NCBI GenBank assembly: GCA_964016885.1
Contig: OZ024745.1
Location: 53,816,001-53,880,000 of the forward strand
Direction: 5' to 3'
DNA length: 64,000 nucleotides
Source of the DNA: Eledone cirrhosa
Taxonomy: Eukaryota
A program made the translations under genes and the position numbers. Position 1 is the first letter of the stretch. Each line of letters begins with the position of its first letter. The notes beneath the pieces were generated by a model. The model ran no database searches and was not told the origin of the DNA. It saw only the letters and a list, made by a program, of their open reading frames with translations. Shown one piece after another: positions 19,838-32,506 of this stretch.

Positions 19838-21005
19838 ATCTCTCTTACTTTCTCTCTTTCATACACACAAACAGAGCTTATATAAAATTATTCTAGTGCT
19901 GACTGACACAGTAAATATAGAAAGACAGCAGTGGTAGAAAAGAGAAGCAGTCCACTGCCACCCTCTTTCAATGGAGGCAGTCAAGAGCCAAAGCAGTCAG
20001 CAGCAAATCACAAGGGAGAGGACAAAAGAGAAAATAAGAGGAGCCAGTGGCAGAAGCAGCAGCAATGAAGTAGTAATTATTCTAGTTTTGTCTGATCAAC
20101 AAATTGTTGGTTTTCAATGCATTTATTAACCAATGACAATGACAAACCCAAAACATTGAAGGGGTCAGCAAGTATAAGGAGATTATTAGTCAACAAGTTC
20201 AATTTTATGAGACAAATAACTGGCTAAAAATAAAAAAGGACCTTAATAGAAACTTGTTTTTTTTTTTTTTGTAGTTGATAAAATAGACTAGTAGTTTGTG
20301 AATAACTCAAGAGATGCATTTAATGTCTTAGTTTTTATGACAAATTAATCATATTGTTGAATTAAGGCAGGTGGTGTGGCGGTAAAAATTAAGATCAGTA
20401 TCATTTTAACTTTATGGAAAATAACAAATAAAATTCAATATTTTCACAAAAATATTCAAAATCCAACAATACAATAAAATCATAAACTGCAATGAATAAA
20501 TATTAACTTTACTATAAGAGATTTTAAAGATTCCAATATGTAATTTTCATATATAATTCTATATAAAAACATTTTCTTAGAACTAGCAATACTAACAAAA
20601 ATCATAATGCACTTCCCAATATTCCTCCTACCTAAAAGGTTCAACACTACATCTAAGTGCAGTTATGATTAATTCCCATAAAAAAGTCAGACATTAAATA
20701 CACCTAAAAATGTCTCCAATGGGCACTGCTACACTGGCAACTAATTTTTAAATGTTTTTTTACAGGCAGTTTAAGAGTTAAGGTGAAATCATAACAAACT
20801 GTAACCTCCTAATTTAACTTCACAGATGAATTAAAAGCACCTTGCAGCAAAATACTTCATCACAAAGAAACTTTTTTGTTAATGTTTAAAACTGGAATAA
20901 ACATTAAAATAGCATATGAAATGTAAATTTTGCACATGTTTCTCACAGACATATATACATACGCAGTAAAATTTGTCAAAAATGCATTATTTCTTTGAAA
21001 ATTAA

Positions 21006-21210
21006 CCCTTTAGCATTTACATTCTATATTTACTAGTGTATTTTCATTGTAAAGGCTTTACATCACAATCACATAATATTGAATCTGAGATTTTGATGAT
21101 TTATTGAGAACAATGCCTTAACATCAGCATGGGCAGCTAGTTATGGCCAGTTTGAACAGAAAATGGTAAGAGAATTCTGGCTGGATATAGCTGGTTTAAA
21201 TACTAAAGGG
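21006..21210. mobile_element. piggyBac-type MITE, copy 1
   Basis: TTAA|CCCTTTAGCATTTA...TAAATACTAAAGGG|TTAA: terminal inverted repeats with TTAA target duplication. Confidence 0.85.
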
Positions 21211-22947
21211 TTAAATTTATTTTCAAGAAAGCAAATAAAATTTCTTCTGTAATCAGGAAATTTTCTGTAACTGAGACAAGTGAAAGAAAAACAAGGAAAT
21301 AAGCAACTAAATAGCAGGCAATTTTTTTTTAAATCTGCAAGGGGACCAAATGTAACTAGAATTTTTTTTAGCTGAAGATGATCATTGACTGAATAAATAT
21401 GTGCAACTTGTCAGGTTTAAAAATAAAAAAGTAGCTTCATCCACTCATGTATCTTTCTACACCTGACTGAGCTCAACAAGTGCATAAACACAATTTTATA
21501 TTGCTGTTTTTGAATATCCCATACTGTAACAAGTTCTTGACTTGAGCATTATTGGAGAACAATAAGGTTCATATTCCTATATTAAATGTATAGAAAGAAA
21601 AAAAGGAAAGCTTGGCTAATTGCCATTCATTGATTAGTAATAAATACTGACCAGATCTACTTATATAACTGACAACACACTTGAGAAGAGAGTACAATAA
21701 TCTGAAGCTGATCATCACAATTTAAGAGATCTGTAAGAGCTTCAATCAAATTACAACTTAGCTATAAATCTTCCAGAAAAACAATCTTCAGCTTTTATTC
21801 TATACTAAAAAGGAACCAAAATCTAATATTTACCACTCAGTTATTGCGGTCTCAACTGTACTGCATCGTTCCTAGAACAAGCTTGATACACAGAAGCAAC
21901 AAAACTGAGTATCATACCTATATAATCAATGCTATTTTTATTGATGTTAGACATTACATAGAATGAATGATTTCTCCATGTACTTCCCACTGACTAAGAC
22001 TACTCTTTCAGAGGGGCAACTAACTACATTTCCTGGTTCTACTGGTTGTGTTCTCGTGATTCCAATTCATTTTTTCTTAAATTTATGGATGCTAAAGTGC
22101 CAGCTAAGTTTATTTAATGCTGAGCAGTTCTCATTAAAAATGTTCCTGTACTAAAGTCAGGGTATGGTGCATCTTCTGACAAGATAGAAGTTTTTCCTAT
22201 AGGTCAGTTTACAATTATTTATTTAATTCTTCTCTGATCCTAACTAGTCATGACATTAAAATTCCTTCTGAGTTGAGCCGCTGTTTGTTTTGCTACAGCA
22301 GTCAACTGGAGTTTATGCTTTACACTGTGTTTGTTCATATCTGGTGGAAAATGCTCAGTGATTAGTCAAATTAGAAAGCTTTGCTTAGTTTAAATCAATT
22401 GAGGAAATGTTTTTTGATTAATTTTAGCATCATAGTTAGATACGAGTTACACATGAGAGATAGGAACATGTTTTTAAAACAAACATTGCATCAGATAGTG
22501 AACATGATTATATTTTTGATAGCTTTACAGAAATTGATATAGTTAGAGCAGAAAAGAACTATAAAATATATTTGGAAAATGAAGAGAATTTATCAAATAT
22601 TGATTTAATGTTTGAATCTGATTGATAAAAATCTATCAATCAAAGATGAATTTGGAATCATAGGTTCTCAGAAGTTAATGTTAATATATACAAAGGAAAT
22701 CCCAGACTCTGAAAAAAAAAAAAAAAAAAGAAAAAGGTTTTTTTCTTTCAATTACTTAATCCTGATCTATTTGATTTCATGGCAAATTCAAAGTGGCATA
22801 AAACTTCCATCTGAAATTAGACCCTATTGCCTTTCAAATAAAAATGGGGGTTATTTTTGTACCAAATTAGGGCATGTATTTCTTGAATAATTTGTTCTGG
22901 TCTACAGGAATCATGGATTTAATTACCAGACAGGTTAGATAAAATGA

Positions 22948-23115
22948 CTCATCATCATCGTTTAACGTCCATTTTCCACGCTAGCATGGGTCTGGACGGG
23001 AATTGTCCCACTTGAGGCAAATTGGTTGTCTTGCTCAAGACTGTGTGGCTGGTTTTCTACGGCTGGGTGCCTTTCCCAACACCAACCACGTTTACAGTGT
23101 GTACTGGGAGCTTTT
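22948..23115 (-). mobile_element. RTE-type 3' tail / SINE tail fragment
   Basis: (CAT)n cgtttaacgtcc...ttttctacggctgggtgcc..caacaccaaccac matches the RTE 3' ends at 44663 and 52670. Confidence 0.75.
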
Positions 23116-23560
23116 TGCCGTATATTTCCATATTTCTGATGTCACCCAGAATCCACCCCATGGGCATCCTGGACACAACAGACTTGTCTATATCCAGTTG
23201 CTTATTGAAGTGAGAAACGAAAATTTGAAGTCACAGTATAAACACTGTGAAACATCTATTGACAAGGTTATGATTGCCTTCACTTGACAACTAAACTTCA
23301 AACAGTACAATCCATTGAAGTCTACAAAACATGAGATAAAAGTGTGGATGCAGGCTAATCCCCATAATGGTTGTGTGAACTACTTCCAAGTTTATACTGG
23401 GAAAGTTTCAAATCAGCCCGGAAAAAGACTTGGAGAAATAGTTGTGAAGGACTTCACAAGAGACATATGGGGACAAAACCGTATGTATTGTGACAATTTC
23501 ATTTCATTTGTAAAATTTTTGAGAGGAACTTTAAAAGATTTTCACTACTCGGCATAGGGA
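23116..23560 (+). pseudogene. Decayed piggyBac (PGBD-like) transposase fragment
   Basis: SIDKVMIAFT*QLNFKQYNPLKSTKHEIKVW...FQVYTGK...LGEIVVKDF...YCDNF matches the piggyBac DDD core; contains stops. Confidence 0.85.
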
Positions 23561-24289
23561 ACTAGTATAAAAAAAAAAAAAAAAAATCAATGTTGAAGGA
23601 AGTAGTAAGTCCGGCAAAAAAGAGTTAATATGGTGGATTACACCAGTCTTTTTATTAGGTTTCCATGGACTGAAGTCTATACATGGCTTCTCAGAAGTGA
23701 CTGAAGAGCTATCCAGATGCTAGTACTAGAGTTTCAAAAGATTATGAGGTCAATCAAAATGTGATGTCATATAATAATGAACACATCAACAAGAGCAAGT
23801 GGAATGTGTTGCAAATGCTTTTATTAAATATGCAACATTAATTTACAAGAAATGTTAACTGCACGTGAATTGAAATAAAATGAATGGATGATACATGTTG
23901 GACAAAAAAAATATCTTTAAACAGTGCAGTGGAAATAGACAAAAAGGTTATGGGAAAAAATTGACTAGATTTGAGCTGTCTCAGTTGAGAGAAATGGAAA
24001 AAAAATTCAAAGGAATATCTTTATTGAAAATTGTGTTGAAATAGCTTTTTAATGTTGAACAAAGAAATAGCATAAAGTAAGAAAATATACATACAACATA
24101 TTTTACAATTAACTATGATCACTTGTAGACAGTATGGACAAAAAAAGTTACTTAACCCAAAAATCTTATCCAATGTCACCTGAAATTGAGTGTATTTATA
24201 ATCCTCCATTACCAAGAATATTGATATCATGTTAGAATGTTGATCTTTTAGGCTGTCAGATTACAATACTAATATCTCCAACAATATAT

Positions 24290-25015
24290 TGGAAGCTTGT
24301 CGCTTCCTTGGATTATAACAGGACCTTGAAAAAGATTTTTTTCCAAAGCCTAGGTAGGCTCTATATGACATTTCAACAGAAGTGGTTATAAACTTCTTTT
24401 TTTTTATCTGGTCTACCCCACCCTGCAAACCAACATAGTTCCTGCATCTTAGGCTTCCCCGACTCACATCCTTCATTGTCCAACCCATGTCAGCATGAAA
24501 AAAGCATGCAACTTCCTGTTCACATCCATCCACATCTCCGATTCATCTTTCTTGCTCAGCCTAATATGCAAAACTAGGCACACCTCAATATACTGCCAGA
24601 TGCTACTGTTTAAGGCCAGCCATATGATCTGGTGCTTGCTGTACCAATGTGGGATAAACCCCCACCTCATTGCAACAAGCAAACCAGATGTAGCTCTTTA
24701 CGTCCCACTCTCATTACTGCACCCTAAACATGGCGGAGGACATAACTAAAACCCTAGTGTTGCAATAGGGCAATACTGGTGCGACAATAAAATACATCCA
24801 TTTCAACCAAGATGGTAGTGCTGGTACCATGAAAAAAGTACCTCCACCCTGTGGTTGTAATGCAGACGCTACAATAAAATGCTCTCAATATGCACTGGAA
24901 GGACATAGAAACCAGGTCAATGAGCTAAACGTAATAACCTGATTGGTCCAGTCTCAGAATATGACAACCTATTCAACACATGCAAGCATGGAAAACAGAC
25001 AGTTATGATGATGAT
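24290..25015. mobile_element. Old RTE-like LINE fragments and tail
   Basis: Decayed RT C-terminal-like sequence on minus; gcaagcatggaaaacagac...gatgatgat tail on plus. Confidence 0.4.
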
Positions 25016-25177
25016 ATATATATATCGTGTGCATTTATGAAAATCTATTAACTCATATATCTTTAAAAATAAAGGAAAATGATCAGTGACATTTTATCAA
25101 ATCCAAGAGAGCCAATGTGAATAACTCCTAATATTGATTGTGAAATAGTGCAGCAAAAAAAACAAAAAAAAACTTAC

Positions 25178-25273
25178 CCGTCCCATACAAAAGCGTTTAT
25201 TCAAAGCCGCAAGAGCTGAAGCTGCTGAAGTATGGTCATAAAACTCAACAAAACAATACGGATCATTTCCAGG
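25178..25273 (-). CDS. TIA1: TIA-1/TIAR-family gene, exon [32 protein letters not shown] (RRM1 RNP1)
   Basis: ctttcag|CCT...CGG|gtaagt, 96 nt, phase 0/0; NDPYCFVEF is the TIA1/TIAR RRM1 signature. Confidence 0.95.
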
Positions 25274-27339
25274 CTGAAAGAAAGATGGAAAATTTGAGAG
25301 ATTAGATTAATCAGAAGAAATTGCCTATATGATTTAACAAACAAAATGTCAATCTGATACAACAACAAGCATAAACTCAGAAAAAAGATTTAAATACTAA
25401 TAAATCAAAGAAATCACACTGAATGATTAGTATGATTCTTATATCAAGATCAGTAACTCGAATGGATTGAAGTGTTTTCAAATGTTTTTTTTGATTTTTA
25501 TTTATACCTGGCGATAATTTGCATGAATTCCCTCAGTTGCAATATTATTTCAGAATAACATTTCAAATATGACAAGATAAAGCAAGACATTTATAGTCTA
25601 ATTATATGTGCATAAATAGTACCATTTTTAATTCAAACTTAACCACACATTATGAGCTGTTTCTTATAGTTAGTTCTCAGTCAAGTTTCTACCGACATAT
25701 AGCCAAAATTTGTATCTGCACATCATAAACTACACAGTAAACAAAATATGATTAACATTATCAGCATCTTTTACACCCATTTTTCCTTGCTTGCCTGTGG
25801 TCATAGCTGAAACTCTGGACTATGGGTCACAGAACCTAAACAATAACTATGAGGAAAGCTGTTGCAATATCTATAGCAATCAGAAAGATGGCCTCTTGAA
25901 ATTGATTCAGCACTATAATTTGCCTACTAGGGTAAAGAACATTATTTCAGTTGAACCACCTTGCATACATCCGCTTCGAAATCCACAAGAACAGTCAAAT
26001 TTTGTAGCTATATACACCAAGAGTTTAAAAAGTAAAATGATATAATGAAGATATTATTTTAAAAAAAGAGTACTTGAAACAGAAGAGGACAATGCACATA
26101 GGAGCTTCAGGCTCTTTAAGCCTAACAAACAAGGATAATTGGTTACAGTCAGATTTAAATTTGGTTAATTTAGCTTATTGCTTGGATGGGAAATATAAGC
26201 AGAAGTGAGTTCTAAAATATGACTAACAGAAATGTGCAAAACATTCAATAGATGTATAAGGGTGGTTAAGAACAATGAAAACGAAGATTTGAAAGACTAT
26301 CAAAGAAGCATTTAAATAGTTATAAAACTTTGGAGGGGACTACCCAATAATGTGTGTGAACCATTTTTATTTCATTATGGACAAGAAACACTATCTTTAT
26401 AAAGCAATTAAAATAGTTAAGGTATATGTGAGCAAAAAGATAGCTTTGTGAACTTTTCTTTAAATGTGTAATGGGATGTGTTTCTCCTCATTGTGGGATA
26501 TTTAGTCATTGTATAAGAAACGTACAGGACTGGGTGGAAGTGATAATGAACTGCATATTAACTCAGATAAATTTTAGACTGGTAGTCTCTATATATAAGA
26601 CTATAGTTAGAAGTGAGAATATAAAGTATGTAGGTGACTGGATGTTATTGTAAACCAGAATTAGAAATTTGACAGAGTTCCTGAACATTATAATCAAAAC
26701 ATCTCAACTAACAAAAACTCTTGTTACCAAACTGCTTGCAATCTGTTGTTTCTACAATATAAAACATTTTTAAATGTTTATATTTGTCTAAAAGCCTTAC
26801 TTCATAATTTAAGAATTGTTAGGTTATATTTCAAACTTAACAAGCCATAGTACTAAATAAGTTCTTTCAAATTCTAAAAGTTTGGAAAACTTTATCACAT
26901 TATGCCATACACCTCATGATTTGACTTCTAAGATCATCATTCAATGAGAGTTGTAGCTAAACTTTCTACAAATGTTCGAACAAGGAACAGATAGTGCAAG
27001 AAAATATTTTCTGTTCCAAGATACTAAACAAGACTGAAAAAACCATTCCCATGATTCTTTGAATCATAGTTGTTGAGTCCTAAGTGAGATTGAATTGAAT
27101 AAAACCTATGACCAAAAGGACTTCCAGTCATGATTGTCCCATGTTTATTTCAAGTATGCTATCCAATGTCACTTTTTTTTTAATACAGTAGAAAATTTTG
27201 TTGTAAGATTTACAGTCCATGAAAAGCAATATGAAATAAAGTATCTTGCTTAAGAACAAGCCACTTTGCCCAATGAACCTTAGTCCAACACTAACTACTA
27301 GGCCACACCACACTACTCTTAGATTATCCTAATATTTTT

Positions 27340-27490
27340 TCTTAATTGTTCCTACTTTTGGCACAAGGTCAGCAATTATTCCAGAGCATTACTGGTGCTT
27401 TATTTTTTATCAACCCCATAAGGATGAAAGGCAAAGTTAACCTCAGCGGGAAGCATGGTGTCTGACGCTCTACCGATACTGCCAATCCAC
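27340..27490 (-). mobile_element. tRNA-type SINE family B copy (GCCTTTCATCC...GGGGTCGATAAA core)
   Basis: Reverse complement of the 56855-57047 element. Confidence 0.75.
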
Positions 27491-27799
27491 CAAAGTAATA
27501 TCCATATAAATTATCACCATATATCTATTATATAGTAATATTAAATTAACCCTTCTGATAGCAAACCTGCTGAAACCAATCCCTTGTTTTAGGAAACAAA
27601 GTAATTTGTTTGAAAGGGTTTTAAAATAATCAGCTTAATGAAAAAAAAAATTATGATAAGAGTGTTAATGAAGTTCTTTACACAACAGATAAAAACCTTT
27701 TTATAACATTGATATAGCTGTTTATGGAACTATCAATTGAAACAAATATAAAAGGTCACATTAATCCTGATTGTGTACTGCAATAATAGTGTTTTTTTT

Positions 27800-27935
27800 A
27801 TTTAGGCACAAGGCCAGCAATTTTGGGGGGAGGAGGAAAGTCGATTAAATTGACCCCAGTGCATGACTGGTGCTTTATTTCATCGACCCCAGAAGATGAA
27901 AGGCAAAACTAACCTCCGTGGGGTTGGAACTCAGA
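27800..27935 (-). mobile_element. SINE family B partial copy
   Basis: ggcacaaggccagcaat...atcgacccc..gatgaaaggcaaa shared core. Confidence 0.7.
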
Positions 27936-28264
27936 TACTGTGAAAACTGTCATTTTGAGAATAAAACCAATTGCTGAAGTCAACTTCAAAAGTCAATGAA
28001 AGTCATTTATATTTAGTTAATTATTGTTAAACATGTTCTTTTTAAATTATATTTCATTTAGCATCAAGTGCCTAATGTTTTAAAAACACAAATCAATACA
28101 CAATGTTATGAAGATTCGCTGTACAACACATACCTCACATAATGATTTGATGACAAAGTAAACTAAAGCATCTCCAATGAACAGCATTTCCCCTTTTTTT
28201 ATATTCAAATGTTTTGAATCAAGAAACGAGGGATTTATTAATATACTGGTGGAATGTAATTTAA

Positions 28265-28454
28265 CCCTTTAGCCTTTACATTACTCTATATTTACTATAT
28301 TTTCATGGTAAAGGCTTTATCTCACATCTATGAGATTGATATTTATTTTGAGAACAATACCTTCGCATAAGTATGAACGACCGATTATAGCCAGTTTGAA
28401 CCAAAAGATATGAGAAAGTTCTGCCCGGATATGGCTGGTTTAAATACTAATGGG
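28265..28454. mobile_element. piggyBac-type MITE, copy 2
   Basis: TTAA|CCCTTTAGCCTTTA...TAAATACTAATGGG|TTAA; internally similar to 21006-21210. Confidence 0.85.
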
Positions 28455-29802
28455 TTAAAGGTTTTTACATAAATATAAAAAGTTTAAACATAGAATAAGA
28501 GAGAGTCAGGTATCAAAAAAGCTAACTTAAAATCATACATTTTCAGTTAGAAGAAATATCCTCAAAATATAGTTATATCTCAATTATGGAATAAACTGAT
28601 GGCATCAGGGAATTATTTATTTATTTTCCTCCTAACAAATTATTTTAGATATAAGCTTTTTTAGATTTAATGCAATGAACATCCATTTAACATCTAGCTT
28701 TCAAGTGTGAAATATTATTAAAAAAAACTTTCATTTCATTAAACCATTGAAAGTATTGAAGTTTACTTCAAGAACAGGACTACAATACACATGACCATGC
28801 TTTATATCAAATACACAAGAGATTTTACATATAAAGAACAGCTTACATTTTACATTAATCAATATGTAAGAGCTGTAGAGAAAATACAAATTAATTACAA
28901 AATGTACAAATAGTACAAAAAGCCACTGGATGTTACATCCAACAGTTGACCAGAGACAATAAAAATTCCTTGAAAACAAAGTTTTCAAAATATCCAAAAC
29001 AAATTTAAAAAATTCTGATTCAAACATTGAGTTTCAAGACAAAATGTAATCAGGAAGGTATTAAGAGTGGAAACTTTTAGACTATGTATAAATATACACC
29101 CATTCATCTGGTCATCAAAACCTTGTGTTAAACCATTGTAAAAGCCAGCAGAGAACAGAGGCAAAAAATAGGGAACATCTGAGAAGCAGTCAAGACAGAA
29201 CTAAGAATATTGGGTGGGCATCAACAAAGGGACAATGCAAGATGAAATACTGTTGGATTTGAAAAGTTTTTGCTATCTGGCAAGTTTTACCCAATCCATA
29301 ATAGCAAAGGAAAATCAGATAAAAATCAAATATATAAAGCAGTTTGTATTTAATATAAATAAACTATTTTCAAATATATATTCCCTTATATGCTTCTCCA
29401 TAATTACAGAATCTACTATTGATAGACATTCTAGACAGCATACAAAAGTGGTCCATCCAACTGATAGGCATTAAGTTTCTTGCCAAACATAATCTCTGAC
29501 CCATAGCCAATTTGTCTCCTCAATTGCTCAATCATCACCATTCAAGCTCTCCAGACTAACAGCAGCCCTTGTCCTTCCTCTTCAGAACATTTGCTTCCTG
29601 AAAGTCAATTCTTCTTCATGTGCTTTATAGTTATTGCACTGATCTCAAGGAGGCTGCAGATACAATAGGCAGCTCCTTTCTCCAGATCAGGGTTTCTCAG
29701 CTCAGAGGCATACTAAACTAAAGGGAAACATTTTATTTTATACATCTTTATAATTAAATGTTTCTTTTTTTTGTATAACTAAAAATGTGAATATATCTTA
29801 AG

Positions 29803-29910
29803 AATAATTGTTTCTACTTTAGGCACAAGGCCAGCAATTACCCAGTGCATTACTGGTACTTTATTTTATCGACCCCGTAAGGATGAAAGGCAAAGTCAAC
29901 CTCGGCGGGA
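29803..29910 (-). mobile_element. SINE family B partial copy
   Basis: aataattgtttctact...atcgaccccgtaaggatgaaaggcaaagtcaacctcggcgg. Confidence 0.75.
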
Positions 29911-31193
29911 TTAAGAATAATGATTTGGTATCCTACCAAGGTGTAGACGATCCTCTTCTGAGTATCAAGCATCATTTGGTATCGATGCCTCCCAGATGGG
30001 CATCAATACAAAGAGTGATAGCCAAACTTGAGTGGGTGGTTAGTCCACTTCTTCTCAAGCCTTGATTTTTTTAACATTTGAGATTGTTCCAGTGGTTGAT
30101 TGCATGTGCAGAAAAGAAGTGATTCCTAGGACTTGTTTGTTGTTGCACCTAGAGCTTCCAGTTGTGTTGTCAAGTAATCCTTGCTGAGTGTGTCTGAACA
30201 GTGCATTGCTGCAGAAGGGACACCTAGTGTACTGTACTCTATCGAACTCATTAGTGATCAAATTAAAAGTAGTTTAGTTTAAGTCTAAATTTGGTAAGAT
30301 AAATAATGATTCTGTAAAGTACTGGATTGTTTTATTTAATTTCTAATTTGACAACTTTAAATATATGGCCAAAAATATATTTTATAAAATATGGGAAGAT
30401 TTAGTTCCAATTGATAAAAAGAAGAAACTTAAAGTAGACGCCTGAAAAGCAATGCTCAAGATGAAGCATCAAAAGAATTTCTTTACTAAGCGAACAAAAC
30501 AAAATCACTCAATATACATATTCAAGCAATTTACAGCCACATGGCTTATACAGAATTCTGTAAAACTTTTTCACCTGTTAAGTTGTAACAGTTTTCAAAA
30601 ACAGCATAGAAGAGTTCATTTTCCTGTATCTTACAACCAACACATTGAATAGAGTGTGTAAAATTTTTTCTAGCAAAACACTTATGCAACGGGATTTTAA
30701 TACAAAAGTAATCTAATTGTTACTTAAAGAAACGCTTAGAAGGCAACAATTTAAAACTTATACAAATACAGCCACTCCCAGTGCTAATGTAATCTTACTA
30801 CACAGAAAATAGATAAAATAAATTTCAGGCTTTTACGAAATTAATTTTTTTTTTAAATTAAACTATTTAATCTATAAAAACATTGTTCCTAGAACACCAT
30901 ATGGGCAATAGAGTAGAAACTCAAAACATTATGACACGTCAATAAACTAACAGCTGAACAATTTTTAGTTGGTTGAATATTTGTGACCTGAGCTATACTA
31001 ACTAGTACACCATGTATTTTATCAATATTAGATAAGAAAAAAAAAATCTATACGCTATAAATTAACAAAATTTACACAAAACAATCTAAACATTTTCGTT
31101 TATATACAAACGTATTGTTTATAATCATGAAATCATATGTACAAACTATAAAAGTTTTTTTTATACATAATTATCTAGGAAAAAGTTACTTAC

Positions 31194-31290
31194 TTCGTGG
31201 ATGATCTTGCAGCTTTTGCATGGCCCCATTTGAGTAAATAAGGCTAGAATGAAATTTTCATCGACACAAGGATCTAGGTTGCCGACGTAC
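31194..31290 (-). CDS. TIA1: TIA-1/TIAR-family gene, exon (L)YVGNLDPCVDENFILALFTQMGPCKSCKIIHE (RRM1 RNP2)
   Basis: tttttctag|G TAC...GAA|gtaagt, 97 nt, phase 2/0; LYVGNL RNP2 plus GPCKSCK as in TIAR. Confidence 0.95.
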
Positions 31291-31356
31291 CTAGAAAAAC
31301 AACAGAAAGTAGGAATCAGATGACTTCGTGGACAACCTCATGTCTTTAACACATCA

Positions 31357-31457
<101 letters not shown>

Positions 31458-31857
31458 AAAGCACATTATACACATACGTGCCGGTATACGTATCCATAAA
31501 CGATAACGAGATCTGTATAAATATGTCTACCAGTAAACTACCATAGCCACGTATTGCACTCATTTTACATTTAGTAAATATAAAAGACAATATTTTACAT
31601 TTATTTTAATTTATAACAATCAAGACAAATCAGATGAAACAAATAATAGCCATGGTAGCACAGAAAAAATATAAATAAAAATATTCGGAAGAGAGGGGGG
31701 GTCAGATGTTTCCAGACGGACACACGTTGAAGTAAACGAAAAGGCTTCAAATAAACCTTTTAAACACGTACTCAGCATATGTATAGATAAAACAATGAAT
31801 TTAATGAAATGTACATTTGGCAAAAGTAAAATAATAGAAAATAAAAACAGTACTTAC

Positions 31858-31889
31858 AGAGTACGTGGCTGTGACTCTTCGCCAGGCAT
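31858..31889 (-). CDS. TIA1: TIA-1/TIAR-family gene, exon MPGEESQPRT(L)
   Basis: tttcctttcag|ATG CCT...ACT CT|gtaagt, 32 nt, phase 2 fits the next exon; resembles TIAR QPRTLYVGNL. Confidence 0.9.
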
Positions 31890-32082
31890 CTGAAAGGAAA
31901 TAATGGAAAGATATATATATTTAAGGAGAAAAATACATTTACTTATACAAAGGGTTAACAATAACGATCAAATTTAAGATTTTACGACTTTCTCAATTTC
32001 AGTTTATAATTCATAAGACGATAATCAGTTCAAAGACGAGTAAATAATAATGATATCGAAAGGAGGTGGGGGAGACAAGTAC

Positions 32083-32094
32083 CTGTTCAGACAT
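32083..32094 (-). CDS. TIA1: Probable upstream first exon of the TIA-1/TIAR gene, coding part MSEQ
   Basis: gccataATG TCT GAA CAG|gtactt splices in frame across a 193-nt intron to the ATG at 31889; next to promoter motifs. Confidence 0.55.
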
Positions 32095-32215
32095 TATGGC
32101 GTCTGAGGAAACCACTTGGCGGCGATAGGAGTGCGCATGCGCCAAACAGTGACCATGGGATATTAGCGCCAACTGGAAACTTTCAAAACTGAAACCAGCG
32201 CGTCTGACGCTGAAC
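32091..32215 (-). promoter_or_regulatory. Proximal promoter of TIA-1/TIAR gene (NRF1-like TGCGCATGCGC, YY1-like CGCCATAAT, CpG cluster)
   Basis: tgcgcatgcgc at 32132-32142; local GC/CpG island immediately upstream of the first coding exons. Confidence 0.6.
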
Positions 32216-32474
32216 CCTAACTTCATACAAATATAGCGTTGCACTTTACTGCTGCTAATTTGCACAAATAGTAGTTTTCAATTACTTTGGATTTTATTAT
32301 ATATTCAATAAACTGGGATATATGTACATACACTATAAAAAATATATTATTTTGGTTGGCCTTATATATCATATTGAATGAATTTTTCAGCAGTGTTCTG
32401 AATTTTCTAAGTCATGATGAAAATAAACTCAAAGAAAACATTTTAAATAAGCAGAATATGAACGAAGCAGTGGT

Positions 32475-32506
<32 letters not shown>

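Noticed and set aside
29930-30260. Possible restriction-like-endonuclease LINE remnant (EIVPVV-like)
   Set aside because: Too decayed to assign from sequence alone
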